Origin: Chitinophagales bacterium
GTDB taxonomy: Bacteria > Bacteroidota > Bacteroidia > Chitinophagales > UBA8649
DNA length: 64,000 nucleotides
Direction: 5' to 3'
Assembly: GCA_020635975.1 (NCBI GenBank)
Contig: JACJYT010000003.1
Span: forward strand, 394,655-458,654
How positions within the stretch are numbered: position 1 is the stretch's first letter; each line of letters begins with the position of its first letter. A program made the translations under genes and the position numbers. Shown piece by piece: positions 56,034-64,000 of the stretch. The notes under the pieces are model-generated. The model saw nothing but the letters and a program-made list of their open reading frames with translations. It had not been told where the DNA came from and searched no databases.

Positions 56034-57377
56034 ATGGCAACGTTTATTACAGTAATACAATTTTTTGCAGGTTTATCGATTTTGATTATCCTTCACGAAT
56101 TAGGACACTTTTTGGCAGCAAAGTATTTTGGTGTAAGAGTGATTAAGTTTTATCTCTTTTTCGATTTTCTTTTCCCTTTTCCAGAAGTAGCCAAGTTTTC
56201 TTTGTTTAAGAAAACCGTTGGTGAAACAGAATACGGCATAGGTTGGTTTCCCTTTGGAGGCTATGTTCAGATGGCAGGAATTATGGATGAAAGCATGGAT
56301 GAAGAAGCCCTTAAACAACCAGCACAGCCCGACGAATTTCGTTCTAAACCAGCTTGGCAGCGTTTAATTATTTTACTAGGTGGTATCATTGTCAACGTAT
56401 TGGTGGCTTTTGTTTTGTATTCTATTTTAGCCTTTGGTTGGGGCGATTCTTACTTAGCGGTTGATGATCAGGTACATGGTATTTATTGCGATTCTACGGC
56501 CTTAGATTTAGGTTTAAAGAATGGGGATATTATTACTCATGTTAATGGTAAGAAGGTAGAAAATGCCGACAAAGTAAAGATAGAAATGTTGTTTGCCTTA
56601 GCAGATAACATTACTTATGTAAGAAATGGACAAGAAGGTCAAATTGTAGGCATTGATAAGTTGTTTTATAAGAATGTAATTGATAATCCAGAGATTGTTT
56701 TATTCGAAACAGCAACGCTAAGTGTAGTGGATACCATTACCAATGAGGATTTGAAAGCTTCTGGACTTCAAAAAGGCGATAGAATCATTGCTTTTGAAGG
56801 AAAGCCCGTGGCCTATCAACAAGATTTAGCTTTATTGAAAAAAGGCTATGAAAATAAAGAAGTTAGCTTTTCTGTTCTTCGCGGCGCGGATACCTTAAAC
56901 TTGTCGGCAAGCCTAGATGATAAGGCTATGTTTGGTTTTGGAGTGAATATGGATGAGTTTAAAATGACGCATCGTTCGTATAATTTCTTTCAAGCTATTG
57001 TTGCTGGTCCAGTGAAAACTTGGAATACTTTGAAGTTTTATATTGCTCAATTTAAGCTAATGTTTGATCCTGTGGTTAAAGGTTATCGCCAAATCGGTGG
57101 CTTCGGAACCATTGCGCAATTGTATTCTGGTGGTTTTTCTTGGTATGCCTTTTTATCTAAAACGGCCTTTATTTCTATAGTTTTAGCATTTATGAATTTA
57201 TTACCTATTCCTGCCTTAGACGGTGGTCATGCGGTTTTTACTATTTATGAAATGGTCTTTAGACGTCCAATGCCAGAAAAAGTGATGTACTATGCTCAGA
57301 TAGCAGGAATGGTACTTTTGTTTGGTTTGTTGATCTATGCTAATGGTAATGATTTATTCCGTTGGTTTACTAAATAA
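56034..57377 (+). CDS. rseP: RIP site-2 zinc metalloprotease RseP (M50)
   Basis: HELGHFLAAKYFG (HExxH), PDZ region and the C-terminal NLLPIPALDGGH motif. ATG at 56034 is preferred to the TTG at 56031. Confidence 0.9.
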   Translation: MATFITVIQFFAGLSILIILHELGHFLAAKYFGVRVIKFYLFFDFLFPFPEVAKFSLFKKTVGETEYGIGWFPFGGYVQMAGIMDESMDEEALKQPAQPDEFRSKPAWQRLIILLGGIIVNVLVAFVLYSILAFGWGDSYLAVDDQVHGIYCDSTALDLGLKNGDIITHVNGKKVENADKVKIEMLFALADNITYVRNGQEGQIVGIDKLFYKNVIDNPEIVLFETATLSVVDTITNEDLKASGLQKGDRIIAFEGKPVAYQQDLALLKKGYENKEVSFSVLRGADTLNLSASLDDKAMFGFGVNMDEFKMTHRSYNFFQAIVAGPVKTWNTLKFYIAQFKLMFDPVVKGYRQIGGFGTIAQLYSGGFSWYAFLSKTAFISIVLAFMNLLPIPALDGGHAVFTIYEMVFRRPMPEKVMYYAQIAGMVLLFGLLIYANGNDLFRWFTK

Positions 57378-57404
57378 GTGAGCTTAGAAATTCGAATTTA
57401 TTTT

Positions 57405-57437
57405 AAAACCCAATACTCTGTGTATTGGGTTTTTTTA
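57405..57437 (+). terminator. rho-independent terminator after rseP
   Basis: AAAACCCAATAC, loop TCTGT, GTATTGGGTTTT, followed by a T-run. Confidence 0.7.
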
Positions 57438-57562
57438 TTCTAGGAATATAGTTTTCATGTCTACATGCTCTTGTCTCAATAAAGCATAAAACTTCTGACA
57501 AATTTTAGAAAGAAGTGCAAGCTTAAGAAGTAAATCTTAGCATTTAGTTCTAACTTTATCCA

Positions 57563-58141
57563 ATGAATTTATTAAACAAAATAGGGGAACTTAAGCGAAG
57601 CAATATAGAGTATTACTATGCGCTTTGCCTACTTTCTGTTTATGGTATTTGGAAAATAGTAAAGTTAGTTTCCGCGGCAATAAGTTCTTTAGACAAATTT
57701 GGAACTAGTTTTAATGAAGGACTAGCAAATATTTATGTTCAAGCCATCGCAAGTTTGTTAAAGTTATTTTCTATAGAATATAATACTTTTCTTACCACAA
57801 CATCCTATGGCGAGTTTATCACGATTGCTATAGATGGCGCTCCTGGCATCTACGTAGCCTACCATTGTTTAGGAATTACTGCTTCTTTGGTTTTTGCCCT
57901 TACTATCGTTTTGTTGCCGGGTTCTTCGCTACGCAAATTGTTTTTCATTACTTCAGGATTAGCAACGATGTTTGTCATGAATACCGCGCGTTTAGCAGTT
58001 TTGGTGGTGCTCGATAAATATGTAAGCAGATTTTGGGTAGAAATGAACCATTCTGTAATTTTTGTAATCATGTTTTATAGTATTTTACTACTATTTCACT
58101 ACCTGTTTTTGAAGCCCTATCTTCAAAAAATGAAAGCATAA
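57563..58141 (+). CDS. exosortase/archaeosortase-family membrane protein (XrtF-like size)
   Basis: 192 aa, multi-TM, with putative Cys-Arg-His catalytic residues in the expected order (YHCLGITA, MNTARLAVL, EMNHSVIF). Confidence 0.5.
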   Translation: MNLLNKIGELKRSNIEYYYALCLLSVYGIWKIVKLVSAAISSLDKFGTSFNEGLANIYVQAIASLLKLFSIEYNTFLTTTSYGEFITIAIDGAPGIYVAYHCLGITASLVFALTIVLLPGSSLRKLFFITSGLATMFVMNTARLAVLVVLDKYVSRFWVEMNHSVIFVIMFYSILLLFHYLFLKPYLQKMKA

Positions 58142-58175
58142 AAAAAGCTCTTTTGCATTGCAAAAGAGCTTTTAA
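58141..58175. terminator. bidirectional terminator between the exosortase-like gene and sqr
   Basis: Perfect palindrome AAAAGCTCTTTTGCA / TGCAAAAGAGCTTTT around 58158. Confidence 0.7.
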
Positions 58176-58178
58176 GTT

Positions 58179-59438
58179 CTAAACGTTTTCTCCTTTCATC
58201 ATTTTTTCCCAATACAAATAAGGAAGGATATATTTTTTAAGCATCCATAAACGCCAATGTTCTTTAGAGGAATCGAAGATTAACATTTGTTTTAATTTTG
58301 GATCTGGAGTAAAGTTAGAGTCGTAGTCGAACTCTGCTAGTATCATTTTGCCATAGCCTGTAACTAAAGGACAAGAGGAATAACCATTGTAAGATTTACT
58401 TCCTAATTGTTGCTTGTCGATTAGTTGTATCAAGTTGTCTACCACTATAGGCACTTGCTTTCTAATGGCAGCTCCAGTTTTTGCAGTAGGCAATGCAGCC
58501 ACATCCCCTAAACCAAAGATATTTGGATACTTTTTGTGCTGCATGCTATGAATATCAACATCCAACCAACCAGCCTCATTCACTAAATCCGATTCTTTAA
58601 TAAATTTCGGCGCGGTTTGAGGAGGAGCTATGTGCAGCATATCGAAAGGCATTTCAATTACGGAATCTCCAGAAAGTTTTTCCTTTAGCACATTGTTTTC
58701 ATTGATTACACATTGATTATCTCCAGCATTAACTTGTTTGAAGGTGATGATTCTATTTTCACCATCTATTTTAATAGGAGCGTAGTGAGGCTTAAAATGT
58801 ATGCCATAATTCAGAATTACTTTTTCCAAACTTTGCTTGATTTCTTTAACGCCAAATACCACGCCTCCTGGAGTTGCAAATACCACATTCGATTGATTCG
58901 AAATACCATGTTTTTTAAAATAGTCTGCGGCGAGATAGGCAATTTTTTGAGGCGCACCTCCACACTTGATAGGGGTAGTAGGTTGGGTGAAAATAGCATT
59001 TCCCCCTTTAAAGTTTTTAATTACTTCCCAAGTATGTTTTGGATCGGTATAGTTGCTACAAACTACTCCTTTTCCTAAAGATTCACTTAAGCCTTCAATT
59101 AGACTAGTGTCCATTATTAAGCCGGGAGCAACTACCATGTAATCATAGTTAATTGTTCCAGAATTTTGGGTAGCCACTTGCTTTTCTTTTGCTCTTATTT
59201 CTGTTGCAAAATCTTGTATCCAGGTTACCCCCTTCGGAATAAGACTCGCCATTGGTCGCTTAGTCTTTTCAAAGTCATAGGTGCCAGCACCAACTAAGGT
59301 CCATGCAGGCTGATAATAATGGAATTCGGCGGGATCTAAAATGGTGATTTTAGCCTTGCTATGCTTTTTTAGCAGTTGGCTTGCTACCATGATGCCAGCA
59401 GTGCCAGCCCCAATGATAAGAATTTGGGTGTCTTTCAT
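58179..59438 (-). CDS. sqr: sulfide:quinone oxidoreductase (type II, SQRDL-like flavoprotein)
   Basis: ILIIGAGTAGIMVA FAD-binding fold, HYYQPAWTLVGAG and GDVAALPTAKTGAA. Start set to MKDTQ at 59438 rather than the track start at 59543. Confidence 0.8.
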   Translation of the reverse strand: MKDTQILIIGAGTAGIMVASQLLKKHSKAKITILDPAEFHYYQPAWTLVGAGTYDFEKTKRPMASLIPKGVTWIQDFATEIRAKEKQVATQNSGTINYDYMVVAPGLIMDTSLIEGLSESLGKGVVCSNYTDPKHTWEVIKNFKGGNAIFTQPTTPIKCGGAPQKIAYLAADYFKKHGISNQSNVVFATPGGVVFGVKEIKQSLEKVILNYGIHFKPHYAPIKIDGENRIITFKQVNAGDNQCVINENNVLKEKLSGDSVIEMPFDMLHIAPPQTAPKFIKESDLVNEAGWLDVDIHSMQHKKYPNIFGLGDVAALPTAKTGAAIRKQVPIVVDNLIQLIDKQQLGSKSYNGYSSCPLVTGYGKMILAEFDYDSNFTPDPKLKQMLIFDSSKEHWRLWMLKKYILPYLYWEKMMKGENV

Positions 59439-59586
59439 GTTCTTGTTGATTTGGTTTACAGATAAAGCTATAAAATGAAATTCTTTTGCATTGTATCCAA
59501 GGTTACATAGGCGACTTTGACTGGAATTATCTTGCTTTCTCAAGCATCTTTTTCAAGGCTTAGATAAATAATTCAAAATCTAGTTT

Positions 59587-59594
59587 TATATTTG
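59587..59594 (+). promoter_or_regulatory. -7 promoter box TATATTTG upstream of tRNA-Leu
   Basis: Exact TAnnTTTG match, 12 nt before the tRNA 5' end. Confidence 0.45.
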
Positions 59595-59606
59595 CACTCC
59601 CTTAAG

Positions 59607-59690
59607 GCCCGAGTGGCGGAATTGGTAGACGCGCTGGATTCAAAATCCAGTTTTCGCAAGGAAGTGCGGGTTCGATTCCCGCCTCGGGTA
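59607..59690 (+). tRNA. tRNA-Leu (anticodon CAA)
   Basis: GCCCGAG acceptor stem paired with CTCGGGT. Anticodon arm CTGGA-TTCAAAA-TCCAG, a long variable arm and T-arm GCGGG-TTCGATT-CCCGC. No encoded CCA. Confidence 0.9.
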
Positions 59691-59697
59691 CTGCCAG

Positions 59698-59728
59698 AAA
59701 AGCTCAACAGAAATGTTGGGCTTTTTTA
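59698..59728 (+). terminator. rho-independent terminator after tRNA-Leu
   Basis: GCTCAACA (59702-09), GAAA tetraloop, TGTTGGGC (59714-21), followed by TTTTTT. Confidence 0.65.
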
Positions 59729-59824
59729 TTAGTCGAAATCCAGCTTAAATTATTTAAAGGAAAGAATTTAATGCAGAATAGCATCCTATAGCCGCAAAGA
59801 GAGCTTAGTAAAAGTAGAACGATT

Positions 59825-61648
59825 TTATTTTTCTAAAAAACTAGTATCGCTTAAGGCCTTCAAAAAATTAACTAAATCGCTTTTTTCTTGTTCACTTAAA
59901 TTCAGTGGTTCACTGTCTAAGCTTTGTGAAGGTAAATCCATTCCTTGTCCTTTACCTCCACCTTTATTGTAGAAGTCTATCACTTCTTCTAGACTAGCAA
60001 AAACACCATTGTGCATGTAAGGTGCACTTAGTTCTATATTTCGCAAAGCTGGAGTTTTAAACGCAAATTGGTGAATTTCTAATTTAGTGTTTCCATACCT
60101 GCCTACATCTGAATCAATAATACTAGGATTCTTCTTGTCTTTTGGAACCCCTAAAATTTCAGATTCTGTGTCGGTATAATGCGGCGGAACTAAACCATTA
60201 AACAAAGGGAAAAAATGACAAGTAGCGCATTTCGCTTTGCCCGCGAACAAATTGAATCCATTTATTTCCGATTGATTCAAAGCAGTCTTGTCTCCTGCAA
60301 AGTATTGGTCCAATTTAGAATTCCTACTTGTAAAAGTACCAATATACTCGGCTATTGAGGTAGCAAGTTTATTCGCATCGATTTCTCCGACATAAGCTTT
60401 TTTGAACAATTCTGCATATTCTGGTTTTTGTTTTAGGCTATCTATTATAAGAGATAAGTTGCCGCCCATTTCTAAGTCGTTATGAATTACATTGATAACT
60501 TGGGTCTCTAATTTCTTTGATCTAGAATCATAAAAGAACTTAGTTTGATAGGCCACATTGATTAAGGATGGCGTATTTCTTAAGAGGCTTGTTTCTCCAT
60601 CGATACTAAGATTTTTAACTAAGCCATCGGTGAATGCATATTCTTTAATATGACAGCTAGAACAAGCTCTAGTATGGTTGGAGGATAAAAGTTTTTCTTC
60701 AAATAATTTCTTTCCAATGGCAAGGCTGTGCTCGGATTGTAGGGGTGCAAAGTAAAGTTGGTTCAAGCTATTCGGGTCGAATAAATAGCGGGCCTCTCTG
60801 TTAATGGCATTCTTGTTAGAAGGGAATTCATAATTCAGTTCTTTTGTAAGCGTATATAGATAAGAAGAAAGAGGATGCAAGTGCCTATCCATAAATTCTA
60901 GCCTATTAAATTTATCGAAGTCTTGGTTTTTCTTTAAATAGTTTATCGCCTTTTGAGTGGTTTTTATTCCATACGAATAGAGAGCTTTTTTATTGTTTTG
61001 AACAAAAAGGGCTTTGTAAAAGGAAAGTACTTTTTTGAGAGATTCCAAATTCGCATGCGCTTCTGCTAGCGAGTTTTTGGATCTTACTCCATCGAATCCA
61101 GTGATTCCAAGTGCCTCTAATCGGTATACTTCAACTCGTAAGGCATCTATAACGATGGTGTTAAATAAGTGAGAATTTTCGGGCTTTCTACTTTGAGAAA
61201 TTTGGATTTCCTCTTGAACAAGTTTAATAAGTAGGACTAGTTCCTGTTTTAAATTGGCGCGACTTTCTTTATCTGGCTTGTAGATTAAATCTTCAATAAC
61301 TTGGAGTCCATGTGCTGCTATTACATCCGACTCTAGATTCGATTCATAAGCACTAAGAACATTGGGTGAGTTATAATTTTTATTCTTGAAATTATCGGTA
61401 TAGACTACAAGAAATTCTACGTATTTGAAGGCTATTCGACAAGCTAGGAAACTATTTTTAAGATCGCTTTCGGGAATATTTTGCTGCTCTAGGTCTTGTA
61501 GTTCAAGGAGCTTAGCTTCGAAGGAGTTTAATTTTTCTAAATGGTACTTACTAATGCTCTCTGCAATTGTTTGCTCAGTGCTTTCCTCCATTAGATTAAG
61601 AGAAAAGGCAAACATGACTAAGAAAATTGCAGCTTTAATAAAATTCAT
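59825..61648 (-). CDS. di-haem cytochrome c peroxidase/MauG-family protein with a long N-terminal extra domain
   Basis: Two CxxCH motifs (CSSCH, CATCH) and PYMHNGVF. At 607 aa it is much longer than a ~340-aa classical CCP. Confidence 0.75.
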   Translation of the reverse strand: MNFIKAAIFLVMFAFSLNLMEESTEQTIAESISKYHLEKLNSFEAKLLELQDLEQQNIPESDLKNSFLACRIAFKYVEFLVVYTDNFKNKNYNSPNVLSAYESNLESDVIAAHGLQVIEDLIYKPDKESRANLKQELVLLIKLVQEEIQISQSRKPENSHLFNTIVIDALRVEVYRLEALGITGFDGVRSKNSLAEAHANLESLKKVLSFYKALFVQNNKKALYSYGIKTTQKAINYLKKNQDFDKFNRLEFMDRHLHPLSSYLYTLTKELNYEFPSNKNAINREARYLFDPNSLNQLYFAPLQSEHSLAIGKKLFEEKLLSSNHTRACSSCHIKEYAFTDGLVKNLSIDGETSLLRNTPSLINVAYQTKFFYDSRSKKLETQVINVIHNDLEMGGNLSLIIDSLKQKPEYAELFKKAYVGEIDANKLATSIAEYIGTFTSRNSKLDQYFAGDKTALNQSEINGFNLFAGKAKCATCHFFPLFNGLVPPHYTDTESEILGVPKDKKNPSIIDSDVGRYGNTKLEIHQFAFKTPALRNIELSAPYMHNGVFASLEEVIDFYNKGGGKGQGMDLPSQSLDSEPLNLSEQEKSDLVNFLKALSDTSFLEK

Positions 61649-61836
61649 TGCTATTTAGAGGCATTATACGGATGCTAAAATATGCAAATAGTTTAAAGCA
61701 AAGCTTAGTTTTTGTTTATCAAATTTGAATATGTACAATTTTAGGAAGTATTTTTTTGTTCTCCTGAGCAGCTAGATAAAGACACAAACGGGCCTAGCAT
61801 GTGACTCTTTTTACAGGGCTGTCTAGCTTAACAAGC

Positions 61837-62883
61837 TTAATTCTTTGGATAGTATTTCTGCTTCCAAAATAAAGCGAGTTTAACCAAGAGGATGAGCGCT
61901 GGTACTTCGATTAAGGGACCAACCACTCCGGCAAATGCCTGACCGGAATGCAAGCCAAAAACCGCAATGGCAACGGCAATGGCAAGTTCAAAATTATTGC
62001 CAGTGGCAGTGAAAGAGATACTAATATTTTCCTCGTAATTAGCGCCAAAAAATTTGCTCCAGAAGAAGGAGATGACGAACATTAGACTAAAATAGATTAC
62101 TAGGGGAAGTGCTAGTCGCAATACATCCAAAGGAATGTTGATTATTACTTCGCCCTTTAGAGAAAACATGACTACTATAGTAAAAAGTAGCGCAAGGAGA
62201 GTTAAGGGCGAAATTTTTCGAAGGTATATCTTTTGATACCATTCTTCCCCTTTTATTGTGATTAGAATAAATCTTGAGGCAAGGCCTAAGAAAAATGGGA
62301 TGCCTAGATAGATGGCTGTGCTTTTTGCAATACTCAGTACAGACACGTCAATCAAATCTCCTGAATAGCCAAATAGAGGAGGGAGTTTGGTGATGAAAAG
62401 CCAAGCGTAGAAGCTGTAAGCAAAGACCTGGAATATACTGTTTAAGGCAACTAAAGCTGCTGCATATTCTTTACTTCCTTCAGCGAGATCATTCCAAACG
62501 AGCACCATGGCAATACATCTGGCAAGTCCAACAAGAATTAAACCGGTCATGTATTCGGGATAGTCGTGTAAAAAGATTAGCGCCAAAACAAACATTAGAA
62601 TTGGACCAATAACCCAGTTTAAAAGAAGAGAGCTTACTAGGATTTTAGGGTTTTGAAAAATCTTGGTGAGGGAGCCGTAATCTACCTTGGCTAGGGGCGG
62701 ATACATCATAAGTATTAAGCCTATGGCGATAAGGATGTTGGTGTTTCCGCTTTGAAAGGAATGAATAAAGCCAGCAGAGCTTGGAAGAAAGTAGCCAATC
62801 GCAAGACCTAGAACCATTGCGGCAAAAATCCAAAGACTTAGATATTGATCTAGAAATTTTAAATTTTTCTTTGTTGTACTCAT
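61837..62883 (-). CDS. acr3: ACR3-family arsenite efflux transporter
   Basis: 348 aa, 10-TM. The N-terminus [24 protein letters not shown] and the [11 protein letters not shown] motif are typical of Acr3. Confidence 0.9.
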   Translation of the reverse strand: MSTTKKNLKFLDQYLSLWIFAAMVLGLAIGYFLPSSAGFIHSFQSGNTNILIAIGLILMMYPPLAKVDYGSLTKIFQNPKILVSSLLLNWVIGPILMFVLALIFLHDYPEYMTGLILVGLARCIAMVLVWNDLAEGSKEYAAALVALNSIFQVFAYSFYAWLFITKLPPLFGYSGDLIDVSVLSIAKSTAIYLGIPFFLGLASRFILITIKGEEWYQKIYLRKISPLTLLALLFTIVVMFSLKGEVIINIPLDVLRLALPLVIYFSLMFVISFFWSKFFGANYEENISISFTATGNNFELAIAVAIAVFGLHSGQAFAGVVGPLIEVPALILLVKLALFWKQKYYPKN

Positions 62884-63485
62884 TCCATTTTTTTGACCTT
62901 AGAAAATACATAAAACATTTCTTCGCCAATTTGATAGGCGCGTTCTAAATATCTACTGTCTTCTTCTTCTGTGTTATCGTAAATTTTCGGATCCTCGTAA
63001 GGGAGAGATACTTTAGCGGTGGCTCTAAAAGTTAAGGGACAATTTTTATCGGCGTCTGAACAGGTCATTACGGCAATATAGCGATTGGGAAGGGTGAGAT
63101 GATCTAAACGCTTAGAGTGAACCATGAAGGCGCTATTAAAATTGTGAAATTTCACCAAATAGTTATCTCTGGTATTCTCCAATTTAAAAATTAGAAACCC
63201 TAGAGTTTCCAGAGCCTTTTTGGTTCCTGGGTAAATCATGGTCGGCTCCATCCCACTAGAGAACATTTCGGAAACAATGCCATAATGGCTTGCGGCAGTA
63301 TGTGCCCAAATTTGGGCCATAATACTTCTTCTAGAGTTATGGGTGCATATAAAGTTTAGATGCACTCTTTGAAAAGTATCAATGCTTTTTTGAATGGCTT
63401 TTACTAATTCATCTAGCACCTTTTTTCTTTCTTCACTTATGTTTTCTGAGTTAAAACCTTCAATGGTTTCATCAATTATCATCAT
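62880..63485 (-). CDS. arsC: low-molecular-weight phosphatase-family arsenate reductase-like protein
   Basis: CX5R P-loop [10 protein letters not shown] 4-nt overlap with acr3. Confidence 0.65.
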   Translation of the reverse strand: MMIIDETIEGFNSENISEERKKVLDELVKAIQKSIDTFQRVHLNFICTHNSRRSIMAQIWAHTAASHYGIVSEMFSSGMEPTMIYPGTKKALETLGFLIFKLENTRDNYLVKFHNFNSAFMVHSKRLDHLTLPNRYIAVMTCSDADKNCPLTFRATAKVSLPYEDPKIYDNTEEEDSRYLERAYQIGEEMFYVFSKVKKME

Positions 63486-63506
63486 GGTAGATTCGTATTT
63501 TTTTAT

Positions 63507-63977
63507 TTAACAACAGCCTGAATTTGGTGCACAGCAAGCTTTACTCTCCTGTAGGCTAGCAAGATCTTTTTTCAATTTTTCCTGTGGAATACCACACTTG
63601 TCTTGAGCTAAACAATCGGTGTGGGTATTGAGCAAATGAAAGACCCCATCGCTATAACTTAGTTGGTATTTTTCGATAGTCGATCCTTGATATTCCACTT
63701 CTATTTCTCCATCTATTAATTGCAGTTTATCCTCTGCTAAAGCAATAATGCTTAATAGTTTACTTGCAGCTAGTCGGTGGTCGTAATCGTTTGCTGTCCA
63801 AAGCTGAAAAGTAATGGAACTTTGCTTTCTTAAAGTACCGCCGCAGTCGATGAAGCTTTTATCTAATTGACCAATTTCTGTTAGATGGAAATGTTCGGGT
63901 AGTAGCTCGCCATTGGGCATTATAAAGCGCACGTGGTCAAGATTTTCTAGGTTTTTTTTAATTTCGCTTAGTTTCAT
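63507..63977 (-). CDS. DUF6428-like ars-operon protein with a Cys-rich C-terminal tail
   Basis: 156 aa. The PEHFHLTEIG motif and the tail ...SKACCAPNSGCC. It is the first visible gene of the ars operon on the minus strand. Confidence 0.5.
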   Translation of the reverse strand: MKLSEIKKNLENLDHVRFIMPNGELLPEHFHLTEIGQLDKSFIDCGGTLRKQSSITFQLWTANDYDHRLAASKLLSIIALAEDKLQLIDGEIEVEYQGSTIEKYQLSYSDGVFHLLNTHTDCLAQDKCGIPQEKLKKDLASLQESKACCAPNSGCC

Positions 63978-64000
63978 ATTCTATTTATTTACAACAGTTA

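Noticed and set aside
59731-59760. The short match AAATCCAG downstream of tRNA-Leu, resembling part of the tRNA anticodon arm, as a possible att site of an integrated island carrying the ars genes.
   Set aside because: Only 8 nt match, and they match an internal part of the tRNA rather than its 3' end. No integrase is present in the window. This is too weak to support an island boundary.
62645-62929. 94-aa minus-strand ORF overlapping the arsC/acr3 junction.
   Set aside because: It is an alternative frame of two strongly supported genes that already overlap by 4 nt. The product is basic and low-complexity.
63985-64000. Possible 3' end of an arsR-like gene (...NCCK*) at the window edge.
   Set aside because: Only four codons are visible, which is not enough to support a feature.

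Overview
AT-rich chromosomal segment that looks like Bacteroidota, probably a Flavobacteriia-type gliding bacterium. Three things support this: type IX secretion (T9SS) C-terminal sorting domains on four large surface proteins plus a porQ-like gene; TAnnTTTG -7 promoter boxes directly upstream of many genes; and no Shine-Dalgarno sequences. Most of the window is housekeeping backbone: dNK-folK, sppA, valS, rnhA, rluF, a proline dehydrogenase, lplA-like, sixA, bshC-rimO, rpsA, cysE-cysK, rseP, sqr and tRNA-Leu(CAA). Accessory content sits between these genes. It includes a 1957-aa SprB-repeat/Gly-rich adhesin, an intact IS3-family element with a textbook A_AAA_AAG -1 frameshift site, and an FGE-sulfatase-like gene followed by a BspA/DUF285-type T9SS protein carrying 9.6 near-identical 72-bp coding repeats. 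It also includes an LRR T9SS protein, an 1831-aa metzincin with a 189-aa higher-order Cys-Asp-Ser repeat, a Wzx-Wzz-Wzy cassette, an exosortase-like gene and an ars operon (DUF6428-arsC-acr3). I saw no CRISPR array, rRNA, prophage or recognisable defence system. The most interesting signal is regulatory. A 21-codon leader ORF with three consecutive Cys codons is followed by a strong intrinsic terminator that ends 3 nt before cysE-cysK, which suggests a cysteine-sensing leader-peptide attenuator. Second-tier oddities are an lplA-like gene whose conserved N-terminus has no canonical start codon and lies in frame behind the proline dehydrogenase stop codon, and a ribosomal protein S1 with a ~100-aa helix-hairpin-helix N-terminal extension. 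All functional calls come from motif recognition by eye; no database search was run.
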